DNA of 64,000 bases from Octopus sinensis (taxonomy: Eukaryota), in contig NC_043003.1 of the NCBI RefSeq assembly GCF_006345805.1, positions 64,542,001-64,606,000 on the forward strand, in the 5' to 3' direction. Shown one piece after another: positions 13,215 to 25,769 of this stretch. Both the position numbers and the translations under genes were made by a program. Numbering within the stretch: position 1 is the first letter of the stretch; the number at the start of each line of letters is the position of its first letter. The notes under the pieces are model-generated. The model was not told the DNA's origin. It made no database searches and saw nothing but the letters and a program-made list of their open reading frames with translations.

Positions 13215-13990
13215 GATTGTGAGCAACAGAGTACATGAAACCTTATAACTTCTAGATACGTTGTTCACAAGAACTCAGATTTGTCGCACAGCATGAAAAT
13301 CAACAAACTGATAACAAACCTAGTTAGGATAATGAACAACGTATACCCACCATGTAAACTCTATGAAACAAAGAAACATGTACAGAACTTCATGCACCGC
13401 GTGCAATTCTCTGGATATGATAAGAAAGATAGGGTTCGGGTATACAGGGATGCTAGAAAGAAGTTAGATAGCATTATAAGTAATGAAACCAAAGGTACCT
13501 GCCCTAGATATAGAAGTAAAAACTGTAATAGGATACAAAGAGTTTGTGACAAAGCAAACAGGGTGAACACGTGGTACAAGACCGACAAATATTAAGGAAT
13601 AGTGTTTGTAGGGGCCACAGCCCGTAGGTTTAGGAAAGCTTTGAAGGAAACTAAGATCAACATTAAGATCGTTGAAAAGCCAGGGAGCTCCCCCAGGTCA
13701 CAACTATGTAGTATAGCATAAGATGCATAGAGGGTGCTTGTAAAGACAAGAACATGATATACATAGGTGAAATATCTAGGAGCACTGCGGAGAGACTAAA
13801 TGAATATCTAAGACAATATCACGACAAAAAACAATCCTCCATACTTTTCCAACATGCCAAAGACAAACATGGAGGCACGCTGGATCAACTTGACATCCGC
13901 ATTTTATTCAAGCACCCGAAGGATCCAACACTCAGACAAGTACAAGAGTACGTCCTCATTAATGAAACACCCCCAGTACTAAATAGGAAA
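13215..13990 (+). mobile_element. Penelope-like element fragment (post-RT region and GIY-YIG endonuclease), degenerate
   Basis: YIGEISRSTAERLNEY...LFQHAKDKH...LRQVQEYVLI...PVLNRK; upstream HKNSDLSHSMKI...LVRIMNN. Confidence 0.8.
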
Positions 13991-14123
13991 TATACATACC
14001 AGTCATACCCGAGTACCCACGGATATATATACACAGTGCTGTTAGTAGGCCGTTATGTAGGCAAGCGCGGTGTGTGTGTCTGTGCCTGTGTGTATGTATG
14101 TATGAATATAAATATATATATAT

Positions 14124-14155
<32 letters not shown>

Positions 14156-14384
14156 ATGAAAGCGGAATGGAGAAGTACTGGTGAACAACAAGTGACTTAC
14201 ATTTGTTGTTTTCTTAAAATTTTGATTATTAATAAACTCATGTTTATCCTTGTCTTTACCTATAACTTATGAGCATAATATGTTTGTATATGTTTGCCCA
14301 TGGTTAAACATAGGTAATATACTGGTAGTGTAATGGATAATTTTATCCCTTAGACGGGTATTTTAACCTCTAACCTATATATAT

Positions 14385-14972
14385 ATATATACGACGGGCT
14401 TCCACACAGTTTCCGCCAAGTAAATTCATTTACAAGATATTGCAATGTATTGGTCGACCTGAAAACTTTTACTCAGGGTGCCCAGCAATGGTCCTGAACC
14501 CGAAAACAAATTGTTGCAATACCAGCTTCTGAAGCACACAACCATGCCTGCGGCTCTTATGCATATCATTGACTTGCTTCAGTCATTAGGCTGCGGCCAT
14601 TCTGGGGCACCGCCTTGAAGCATTTAAGTCGAATGAATCGACCCCATACTTTTTTGTAAGCCTGATACTTATTCTAACGTTCTCGTTTGCCGAACCGCTA
14701 TGTTACGGGGATGTAAACACACCAACACCCGTTGTCGAGCGGTTGTGTGGGACATACACAGACACAAAGCCACACTATCACACACAAACAGACACACATA
14801 CACGCACGCACATACATATAATCGACGGGCTTCTTTCAGTTTCCGTCTACCAAAACCACTCGCAGCAGCTTTGGTCGGCCCGAGGCCACAGGAAAAGAAG
14901 TTCCACGCAGTGGGACTGAACCCGGAGCCATGCGGTTCGGAAGCAAAATTTCTTGCCACACAACCACGCCTG
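14385..14972 (-). mobile_element. Two adjacent family-2 SINE copies (one decayed head, one near full length)
   Basis: Reverse complement of family-2 head and body. Confidence 0.75.
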
Positions 14973-14974
14973 AG

Positions 14975-15026
<52 letters not shown>

Positions 15027-15872
15027 AATTTTCTTTTTTCTCTATATAGTTTCCATTATTTATAGAAACGTATTCAGAATTAAACAACAATGGAGAACAA
15101 CAGAAACCAATGTTTGAGAAACTTCTGGAATATTTCCTTGGTTTAATCTAGTGGCCCGGAAATTAAGTCTACTTCGAAGACAAGCATTTAATTGGCATTT
15201 TTTTTTCTTTGAATCTAATCGTACAGAAATAGAACATGCATATTCCTTCAGTCCGGTTTTTTTTCTCTTTTGCATCATAAATAATAATAATGGAATTAAT
15301 TAATTAATTAAACTTTTGGCATTAGACACACAGACAGACATAGAAAATCGTGATTGATATTTCATTTGTTGTTCACACTATGAATCGTGCTTAAAGCAAA
15401 TAAATAAATAAGAACAAAATAATAAATAATTAAATCATTAAAATATGCTCATTTTTCTCACCTATATTTTATTTTAATTTTTGTCTTTCTTGAACTCTTG
15501 AACTCATTAGCTAGATGAAACAAAATGCTTTGCCCAAGGATAAAATGTATGTTCCAAACCAGGAAATGAACTCATTATCTTTTTACCGAGTGTTTTTTGC
15601 CCAACCACTAGGTCATGCACATTGTAGTGAGGTAGATAAGTACACAAGTTTTTGTTGTTTTTTTCTCGAGCCCTAGGGCTTATAATACCAGTTACCCGAA
15701 TTCCATAACGTATAAGAAACTGAGATCATGACAGGACGCCGGTTCGTTGCAGAGTTCAATGTAAGCAATGTTTGAGGGGAGGGGACCAGTACTTGACTGG
15801 TTCTGAAGGCATGAAAAGCAAAGTTTACCTTGGCGGCGTTTGAAGTCAGATCATAAAGAGCCCTTTCACACC

Positions 15873-16115
15873 TCATGTGACTGACCAGATTATCAGATGA
15901 TGTTACATATCGCTGGTCACAATGCGCGTTTTAGCTTTCGATTGATGTCACCCTGCAGGCTAGATGTGCAGGCCAACATTCTCCACTGATCGAAAGAAGC
16001 AACATGAAATGAAGTGTTTTACTTAAGAACACAATGCGCCGCCTGATCAGAGAAAAGAATCCACGATCTAGGGATCATGAGCGCGACGCCCTAACCCCTA
16101 GGCTACGTGCCTTCA
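15873..16115 (-). mobile_element. Family-3 tRNA SINE; the same tail occurs alone at 12702-12819
   Basis: tRNA-like head at 16030-16115 (minus), shared tail tgaccgaccagg...gcaggccaa. Confidence 0.7.
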
Positions 16116-16510
16116 CCCTTTCACAACTATACATGTAAAATATTATACATCTAAGTAATTCAGGGAAATGCAATAATTTTTTGTTTTGCTGTGAAAATGC
16201 AATGAAAATTCTGTAAATGCAGTGAAATTCGCTTTGCTGAAGAAATCCTAAAACTTTGAAACAGGTCCGCAGACGTCTTCCCTAATTGCCAAAAGGATAA
16301 AAATAAAATTAATCATTGATCTAACAAGCAGAATGACCGTCCTACGAGCGTTTTCTGTTTGTTGCTAAATAATATTTACACATTTGATTCCATTCCTAAT
16401 TCATCTAATTTTTCGGATATATTTCGTCTAATTGTTCCTTTGTATCTGGTATTGGTCAAATAGAACTCACGCGTTTAGCAAATATTTTTTTTCCTCATTT
16501 TATCGCAATT

Positions 16511-16735
16511 AAAGCGGCAAGCTGGCAGAATCGTTAGCACGCTGGACAAAATGCTTAGCAGCATTTCAGTCGTCTTTACGTTCGGAGTTAAAATTCCGCC
16601 AAGGTCGACTTTACCTTTCAGCCTTTCGGAATTCGATAAAATAAACACCAGTTGCGCACTGAAGTCGATGTAATCGACTAGCCTTTACCCCTACCCCCAT
16701 AATTTCAGGCTCTGTACCTACAGTAGAAGAGATTA
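16511..16735 (+). mobile_element. Family-1 SINE (tail B, diverged)
   Basis: gcggcaagctggcagaatcgttagcac...gtcgactttacctttca. Confidence 0.8.
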
Positions 16736-17309
16736 TTTTGTCTCAATCTCTCTCTTTTAAATAAACTCGAAGGTAATCCATCCTCTACTTGGACATTTAT
16801 TATGCTAGAAATATCAGGGATCACAATGGTTTATTCTAAAGCCTATAGAATGCCAAACAGCCATACTAATAAATTTAATTCTCATACAACTTTTTCTCTT
16901 TTTCGCAAAGCAGGCAAGCAATAGTGCAAAATATCATTTTACTAAAGATTATCAATTTAACAAATTCCAGAATGGCGGTTTTCTGATGCTCACTAAACAA
17001 TCTTTAGACATTTGATTCCTAATTTGTGTAATTTTTCTTATATGTTAGTCTAATTGTACTTTATATCCTTACTCGTTCAATGATTTAGAATAATAGCAAG
17101 TACTCATAGACAGAGTCAGAATTTATGAAGAAATCAGGTATTATTTTCATCAGATAATCGTGTATATATATATATATAAGGATATATGAGTTAGAGGTTA
17201 GACAACCATCTAAGGAATAATAAATATCCAATACTACTGGAGGGATACCTATTTGTATTGAAAGGCTTACTGTTGCAAGGCAATGAATAGTATAATTGAA
17301 TAAGTACAA

Positions 17310-18548
17310 TTGTTATTTCTGTTCTTGGTGGCGCTGGTGGTGGTGTTGTTTGGTTGGGCTGACTTGTTAGTTGCTGATCTTTCATTTGTTTATATAGTTG
17401 TTTAATTAGTTGTGCATATGGCGGTGTGGGTAGTAGTGCTGGTTTTTTGTATGATTTTTGGTTTTCTTGTAGTTGTTGTTGTTTTTCATGATCTTGTTGT
17501 CGTTGTTGTTGCTGTTGTTGTTTCTGTGCTAGTGGGCACTTATTTTGTAAGTGTGCGTTGCTACCGCAAACGTAGCAATGAGGCTTTTTGCCTTCGACGG
17601 CCACATGTAAACTCGAATCCTCCTCAATTGAATTCTATGTGGAATTTTCTCGTGGATCATTGGATTAATCTGAGCGAGGATTTGGATTTCTCAGCCGATC
17701 CAGTGTTGATGGTCTACGACAGCGATTTCCAAATTATGGATTTCGTCTTCGATGTCGTAGCAAATGGCGGACACGAGCCAATTTATTTCGAATTCAGGAA
17801 GCACATTCTTTATTTTAATTTTTGTGACCCTACGGCCAAGATATATAGGGATCATCAATAAATTTTCAAATTGGAAGGACTTTGTGGAGAGGACTTGGCT
17901 CTTTCTTCACTATCGAATCGATTTTCGATCGTGGCAAATTTGTTTTCCATCTTTAAGGGTCCATATAGGCTTCAAACATTTTCAACATTTTCTTGTGGCC
18001 TTTTTCATATATCCTTGTTTTCAGGTTAAGTGTCTTGTAAATAATTGTTTTGTTTTTTTTTCCGATTTTTTCTGTGCCTGTAGTTGTATGCTGAGGTCGT
18101 CTTTTTTTAACATTGCTTTATAGGCAAGTAGTTCGTCCTTCGAAAAAAGATACGTAAGATTTCTTTAGCTTTAAAGCTGCGGCAAAATTGTTTTCGGTAT
18201 TCGCGTTGGTTGTGGTGGTGATAGCGGTAGGGGTAGAGCCAGTAGCAGACGCGGTTTCTAAGGGTTGTGTGCATTTACGGGGAACGGCTTTGTTTTCAGC
18301 TTCCTTCGCCTCTAGCATTGGTAGAGGCGGGAAGTTAGCTTCGTGCTTTCGCATAGCTATGTTTGTTTAGAAATATGGCAAGGAAATCGAAGAAAATAGA
18401 TAAGTAAACAAGTTTGAAACTGACCCTAAGGGTCAATTCCTCCCTTGAAAATACACTCAAACGAAAGCTGGGTGCAAAAATTGGAACAAAATGTGTGCAA
18501 TAGAAGGTCGAGAAAAAGGATTACCTGTGGAGCCGATGCGACATCCCG
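17310..18548 (-). mobile_element. LINE ORF1 (gag-like) remnant with CCHC zinc knuckle, probably Tx1/L1
   Basis: VEGKKPHCYVCGSNAHLQNKC (CX2CX4HX4C) followed by low-complexity Q/P tract; upstream broken ORF pieces with FAAALK motif; no ORF2 attached. Confidence 0.65.
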
Positions 18549-18573
18549 TCAGTCAGAAACAATATATATATAT

Positions 18574-18607
<34 letters not shown>

Positions 18608-18702
18608 CACACCAAAAAATGAAGAACGAACACAAAAACAACAACGCGAGGACGTGGTACATGTAAAGTATTAGCAGAGGCTCAGGGAAGGAAAGAAAGA
18701 TG

Positions 18703-18737
18703 GTTTTACGTTTCGAGCAAAGGTCATCTTCAGAAAC
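18703..18737 (-). ncRNA. Ultra-minimal PLE-type hammerhead-like motif in a solo pLTR-like repeat
   Basis: GTTT-CTGAAGA-T-GACC(ttt)GCTC-GAA-ACGT-A-AAAC; stem II has a mismatch. Confidence 0.5.
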
Positions 18738-18814
18738 AGAGGAAAGTCGATTAGAAAAGGGAGACGGAAGGAAAAATATCGGCAACGATTCACATGTGGT
18801 TACATTTTGAATAT

Positions 18815-18857
<43 letters not shown>

Positions 18858-19894
18858 CATACATAGTAGTAACAGAAAAGAGGAATTTCGATTATCCCCA
18901 GGTGATGAGTTGCAATATATATAAGAAATTAAAAAGGAAAAATACGTACACTTACATAGTTTAATATAATTTTTAATATATCGACCGGTTTCGCTATCGG
19001 TATTCATGATATTATGTTTTACTTATTTGAATATGTATTTTTTCTTAAGAAGAAATTTTGTCCATGTTGTGTGTGATGAAATTCACGAGTGAATGACTTC
19101 ACAAGTAGATAAATAAAGGGAGGTAATTGGTTATCGTTATTATTGTTATTGTTGTGGGTAAGGGAGATAACTGTTCAGTTTTCGGTAATGGGAAGTGTGC
19201 GAATGTTTGTATGTGTGATTATTATGCACCTTATTTAGTACCTTATTTATATATAAAATACTACAATTAACCGTCATTATTGGCGGCATAGAGTCAGCTA
19301 GTTAATATAATATTAAACCTAACAGTAAATGTTAGGTTACCCATGCAAAAGAAAGAAAAAGAAACAAACACCTATATGAAAATCTAGCAGATGCGAACAA
19401 ATGGAACAAACAGTGCACCAACACCACCCTTAACAGAAGCTATACCGGTACTATCAACAACACCATTTCCTTTACATCCACTGCCACTGCAACAGACACC
19501 ACTATTGCAAGCACAACCTAACTCACGCACACGCAACAACAGTCAGATCACTCACCTCAACATGAACAAAAAAGATATTCACTACACAGCCATAACTATA
19601 ACCAATAAAGAACTAATGAACCACAAACACCATACACGATAGCTACATAAAATTAACTAATAGCATTTCATCCCAGATAAAACAAAAAACAGACAAAATA
19701 TATCCAGATAGCATAACATCTTAAAAGAAACATAAATACTCCAAAGGAATTAGAGATTTCAGGGGGGAGAATATCAATATTTTTTTTTTACAAAGAACTG
19801 AAAGTGGAAATAGCCTGCCGAAAATATGGGGCATCTGTCACTCCATAGGAATAAAGTTAGTGATCTTATCTTATTTTCCTTTCTCTTGTCAAGC

Positions 19895-20555
19895 ATGGCG
19901 TTACTCAGAACAGGCAGAGTTAAAATACGTAATCTAGGGTTTTTTTGGAAGCAGGGCCCACCTACTCAGTGACTTCAGATCACTAGATATAGATGGGATA
20001 GTCGTTAACGAGACCAGAGTTTTCGATCCACAAGATTTAATGCTCATTTTCGGTGGATGCCAGATCTATATACTTATCTCCAAGTTAACCAGGATTGAAA
20101 GCTGTAGTTGCTGTGTTGTTTTGAAAGGTTCTAGATCCCATAGACCATCACCTTGGACTCAAAAAGTAAGTTGATGGTCCTGGATATGAACTATAGCGAA
20201 AACAGTGCTTTTAGATAAGTAGTTGTTTATACTTCGACAGTGGTGTTTGGAAGTTTTCCTAGGAACGTCCCTCTTTTTGGTGCCAGTGGGCGATTCGAAC
20301 GTGCCAAAGCGGACGAGTGCAAACCACAACGGTTTTCCAGATCATATCTAGATAGGCCAGTAGATAGGATAGCATAGGCTGTGCATAGTTTAAAATCGTC
20401 AGTTTTGTAGACACAAATTTATGATCTGTACGGCGGTCCTCGATAAGTGTCGTAGACGAAGACCCAGTTATGGGAAACTGAACGCATCATTGAGGTCGGA
20501 TTAGCGAATTTGTTAAACAGGGGTTGACGGGGTCAGTCGTCAACGATAATCGGTC
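19895..20555 (+). mobile_element. Decayed Tx1/L1 APE endonuclease fragment
   Basis: MALLRTG...HLLSDFRSLDIDGIVVNETR, VGDSN (GDFN-like), SYLDR, GKLNASL (WKLN-like) across frameshifts. Confidence 0.65.
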
Positions 20556-20674
20556 ATCTGGCTCAGATATTTTTGAATCAAAGTCAATCCCTGCAAAAGA
20601 GGTGAGTTTTATGTTATGTATGTGTGCGTGTATTTATGCACGTGTATGTTGACATGCACTAATTAACGTATATG

Positions 20675-20715
<41 letters not shown>

Positions 20716-20747
20716 CACACACACACACATATGTATGCACACACACA

Positions 20748-20802
<55 letters not shown>

Positions 20803-20807
<5 letters not shown>

Positions 20808-21028
20808 ATCCTTCGTTATATTGCGGTTCCATTATTGCGGTTCACCTATCGTGGTTTATTATTTAAGCTTACTTCGTAGTATTGATTTGCATCTATAATA
20901 AAATAAATATATACAAATTATAAAAATACTAATAATAAAAATATATAGTACTGTTTCTATTTCGCGGATTTTCACCTATCGCGGGGAGTGGTTGGAACGT
21001 AACATCCGTGATAATCGAGAGATTACTG
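20803..21028. mobile_element. pogo/Tigger-like MITE
   Basis: Imperfect TIRs gagtaatccttcg ... cgagagattactg; non-coding AT-rich interior. Confidence 0.65.
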
Positions 21029-21029
21029 C

Positions 21030-21073
<44 letters not shown>

Positions 21074-21794
21074 GCACAAGGATGCATATGCAGACAAGTA
21101 TAGTTTACCACGCTTAAACATATTTAAGCACATGCACACACACAGTCACACATATAAGCACACATATACATACACAGACGTACACGATAGGTAACACAGA
21201 GCTGTCTGGTCGTTGACATCGGATGGGAAAACACCCAACATGTGATGAAAGAAAGTATTAAAACAGCAAGGACGCAAGCGGTATTTTAAAAACCCTATTA
21301 ATTATATGCATTTATTAATTATATCCGCGTTGAACAACAATTAAAATGAAGGGAATATCGGCATTTGGTCTTGTGATCTGATTTCTCTATTTTTTTTTTC
21401 TATTTTCTCACATTATTGGTAAATTAAACACCCTCCAGAAGTAAATGCATGTTATTGTGCAAATATGCTTATTGCTACTGTTCTATTTTAGGCTCATAGA
21501 CTAAAATAGATGATTAACCATCACAAATTAACCCGTCCCTGGTTTTGTTCAGACATTGTCTTTCAACATGGGCGTGTGCTTAAGAAGTGCACTTTGCACC
21601 TACGTAGTATCGGGTTCAGTCCCACTATGTGCCGTTTTGGGCGAGCGTCTTCTAAAATAGCCTCAGAATATCCTTTTTAAGTGAGTTTGGTAGCTGTAAA
21701 CTGAGTAAAACACTCACACACACACGGATGTATGTTTGTATGTTTGTATGTATGTATGTATGTATGTATGTATGTATGTATGTATGTATGTATG

Positions 21795-21830
<36 letters not shown>

Positions 21831-22099
21831 TAAATAAAACATATGCATATATATATACATATATGTACGTACCTACCTCTACAAGTATATATACACGCAT
21901 ATATGAGTACAGGACACCAAAAAAACGTCGAACACAATGAGAAACGAAAACATAGACACAAACCCAAGGAACTGGATATTTTTCTTAAACAACAACAAAA
22001 AATAGACTACAGGACAAATAACACAAGGAAAAAACCCCTTCTTCAGTCGCCATGGTTTCATCTACTCTACGTTTCAAAGGTGAATATATATATATATAT

Positions 22100-22315
22100 T
22101 TACTTGTTTCAGTCATTTGACTGTGGCCATGCTGGGACACCGCCTTTTAGTCGATATAATCAACCCCAGGACTTATTCTTTGTGAGCCTGGTACTTATTC
22201 TATCGATCTCTTTGGCCAAGCCGCTCACTAAGTTACGGGGACGTAAACATACCAACATCGGTTGTCAAGTGATGGTGGGGTTGGGGACAAACACCGACAC
22301 AAACACACACATAAA
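22100..22315 (-). mobile_element. Family-2 SINE 3' half
   Basis: ttgtttcagtcatttgactgtggccatgctgg...ggggacgtaaaca. Confidence 0.8.
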
Positions 22316-22657
22316 TATATACATTCAACGACAATATGAGCCTTCCAAGACAGTTGCACTCATAAATTCTAAAATGAAATTTAGGATTTATGGACGGTCA
22401 AAGTTGGGAATAAAAACAGGACAGTGGAGACATACAAGAAGACCGAACGAAAACAAACATGGAGGCTCGTGAAACTATAACGAAAGGAATATAGTGAGCG
22501 TTCCGAGAAATAATATTTTTGAAAAGAGAAAAGATAGAAGAGAGAGAAAAAATGTGTCCAGTCCTTTGAACGTCCGTGTAGGAAAGGAAAGACGGACGAT
22601 GGTCACATGTAAGCAACGATAGAAAGCATTCATTCCCAAGTATATATATATATATTA

Positions 22658-22868
22658 AGGCGGCGAGCTGGCAGAAACGTTAGCACGCCGAGCGAAATGC
22701 GTAGCCGTATTTCGTCTGCCGTTACGTTTTGAGTTCAAATTCCGCCGAGGTCGACTTTGCCTTTCATCCTTTCGGGGTGGATAAATTAAGTACCATTTAC
22801 TGGCGTCGATATAATCGACTTAATCCGTTTGTCTGTCCTTGTTTGTCCCCTCTGTTGGTAGAAAAGAA

Positions 22869-22870
<2 letters not shown>
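22658..22870 (+). mobile_element. Family-1 SINE (tail A, young)
   Basis: ggcggcgagctggcagaaacgttagcacgccg...; flanked by TA tracts. Confidence 0.85.
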
Positions 22871-22905
<35 letters not shown>

Positions 22906-23018
22906 ATATATATATATCGTCAATCCAAACAAGAACAAGCAAAAAAAAAAAGAAACGCGAGGACGTGGAATAAGTACAGTGTTATTGGACACTCAGGAAA
23001 GGAAAGAAAAGAAAGAGG

Positions 23019-23053
23019 ATTTCACGTTTCGAGTGGAGCTCTTCATCAGAAAT
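23019..23053 (-). ncRNA. Ultra-minimal PLE-type hammerhead-like motif (cleavage position G, probably inactive)
   Basis: ATTT-CTGATGA-A-GAG(ctcca)CTC-GAA-ACGT-G-AAAT inside a pLTR-like repeat (22918-23115) related to 18610-18810 and 53335-53490. Confidence 0.5.
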
Positions 23054-23265
23054 ATAGAAAAAGTTCAAAGAAGGGAAGACGGAGAAAGAAAATCGCCAAT
23101 ACACACGCGGTCACACACATTCACACATATGTATGACAGTGAAAGATTGGCAGAGGCAGACAGGGAGGCTGACAGACGGACGTGAAATATGGACGTGTAA
23201 TGCATATACGATAAATAATTAGATATTAGTTTCAACACACACACTTCTGCGTATGCATGTTCTTT

Positions 23266-23655
23266 TATTCTTTTATTCTTTTATCTGTCTCAGTCATTTG
23301 ACTGCGGCCATGCTGGAGCACCGCCTTTAGCCGAACTAATCGACCCCAGAACTTAATCTTTGTAAGCCTAGTACGTATTCTATCGGCCTCTTTTGCCGAA
23401 CCGCTAGTTAACCGGCACATAAGCACACCAGCATCGGTTATCAAACGATGGTGGGGAGACAAACACAGACACACAGAGATAAACATATATTTATATAATA
23501 TACGACAGGCTTCTTTCAGTTTCCGTTTACCAAATCCACTCACAAGGCTTTGGTTGGCCCGAGGCTATAGTAGAAGACACTTGCCCAAGGCGCCACGCTG
23601 TGGGATTGAACCCTGAACCATGTGGTTGGGAAGCAAGCTTCTTACCATTGCGTCT
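23266..23655 (-). mobile_element. Family-2 SINE, full length
   Basis: Complete head, CORE-like region, spacer and tail on minus strand. Confidence 0.85.
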
Positions 23656-24029
23656 ACATACATATATTCATATATAAATAAACATACACATATATATACA
23701 TAGCCATATTTGGGTGCTATGACAGTCGTTAATATTTCAGCTGATAACAGAATCTCCATGTTTTCAGATCGAAACTAATAAGAGATCATCCGGAGCTTAA
23801 TATGTAATACAATTCTGATTTATTCATTGAATAGTAAATTAGTTAACAGTGAGTTGTATGTACTCCCCAGCTTTAACCATATCAAAACTAACAATTCAGA
23901 AACGAGGCGCTACTTACTAATGTAACCCCTCTATTTGTCTACACCAGCCATCCAACACCAGGTGACTGGGTTTCTATATATATATATAAAAGAAGAAAAC
24001 TCCCAGTTTATTAATGTTTATTAGTAGCT

Positions 24030-24185
24030 TGCTTTCTTTCTCTTTCTACCTTTCCTTCTTTCTTTTTCTTTCTTTCTTCTTTCCTTCTTTTTTTTTCTTT
24101 CTCTCTCTACCTTTCTTTCTTCTTTTCTCTACCTTCCTTCCCTTTCTTTCTTCTTTCTTTCTCTCTCTACCTTTCTTTCTTTCTT

Positions 24186-24220
<35 letters not shown>

Positions 24221-24344
24221 CTCTCTCTCTCTCTCTCTACCTTTCTCTCTTTTTTTCTCTCTCTACCTTTCTCTCTTTCTTTCTTTCTTTCTTTCTTTCT
24301 CTCTCTACTTTTCTCTCTCTACCTTTCTCTCTTTCTCTCTCTAC

Positions 24345-24375
<31 letters not shown>

Positions 24376-24400
24376 TATTTATTTCCTTCTTTCTTTCTTA
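24030..24400. repeat. Polypyrimidine (CTTT/CT)n compound repeat
   Basis: ~370 bp of almost only C/T with recurring ctctctacctttc unit. Confidence 0.9.
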
Positions 24401-25622
24401 GTATATGTCTCTTAATAATTTCATTATCTCTTTCTTTCATTTGCTGTTTCTTTCTTTCCTTCTATCTTTATTTTCTTTTTATGTGTAATCTCAGACAACC
24501 GCCACCACAACAATAAAACATACAAATACTAAAAAAGCAAACAAACGAACAAAAAAAATCAACAACAAAAAACACGTTATCTACAGGAACGAAGGAGGTG
24601 GAGACGACGAGGGTAGAAGGAGGAGGTAAGAGATAAGGAGACGACATTTATTGTCAGCTTTGCGAAGTCAGGTTGACAGTTCAGGAGACACAGTATTTAC
24701 GCTCTTTGACACGCCGGCTATAAGAAGGGCCTCCAGAATACTTAGAAACGGGGTTCAACACCTGTCTAGCTGGAAGTTTGTCTCCGACCTTTGGCAGGGC
24801 GTTGTGTGCCGCCCTTGTCGTTACTAGGAAGTACATTGTTGGGCGCTGCGGGGGATACATCCGGTTGGCAAGTCAATCACATCATATTAAACAGTTGCCA
24901 CAAAGCTTGAAGACGAATCACCAGACAATACAGCCTTATTTTTTATGATTGTTCTTTGAGTTCTTTCATTTATATTTTTTGATATCAACCTTTTATCATT
25001 TGCCAAGTTATCCACACACGCGTACAGACGCACACATACACACACAGATGCATGCATAGAGAGTCAGACAGAGGGACTGACAGAGAGAGAGAGAAAGAGA
25101 GAAAGGGGAAAGAGAGAGAGAGAGAGTTGGTTGTCTTGAGCCCTAGGATTCATCAGACCAGTTACCCAGTTTCAAAGGCATATAGGTGACTAAGATCACA
25201 ACATATCCCTTGAATGGGACTGAGCAGCAGGAAATGGAATGTCTTGCTCAAGAAGAAAGCGCACCACTTGGTCCGGGATTTGAAACTGCGATCTAACGAT
25301 CATGAGTGTAACAGCTTCAAAACTATGCCACGCGCATTCACACACATACACACACACATATATACACACACACGCACACACACGCACACACACGTACTCG
25401 CACACACAAATCATAACACATATGATCATGTATGTATGTATACTATGGAATGGTTTCTTAATTCCTTTAAGAATGGTCGTACGGGCATCTTGTTGGGTAT
25501 CTTCGACTTGGTGGAGGCAGTCTCTCTCCAGGTCTGAGCAGCGCAGTCGATTTCTCTCAGAAAGAGTGAAAGAAAGAGAGGGGAGAGGAGGGTGTGGAGG
25601 GAGAGAGAGCGGGAAAGTGATA

Positions 25623-25658
<36 letters not shown>

Positions 25659-25769
25659 GAAGACAAAAAATGCGTAAGAGAATGACTACTATTTATATCA
25701 GTCACAAACAGAGGAAAGGCACATTTGGTCGATGTAAATATATCACAGGTAAGCAAATTAACAGCAGTA

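Noticed and set aside
16231-16275. CTGAAGA...GAAAC...GTC hammerhead-like spacing
   Set aside because: Stem II and stem I pair poorly; a decayed copy at best.
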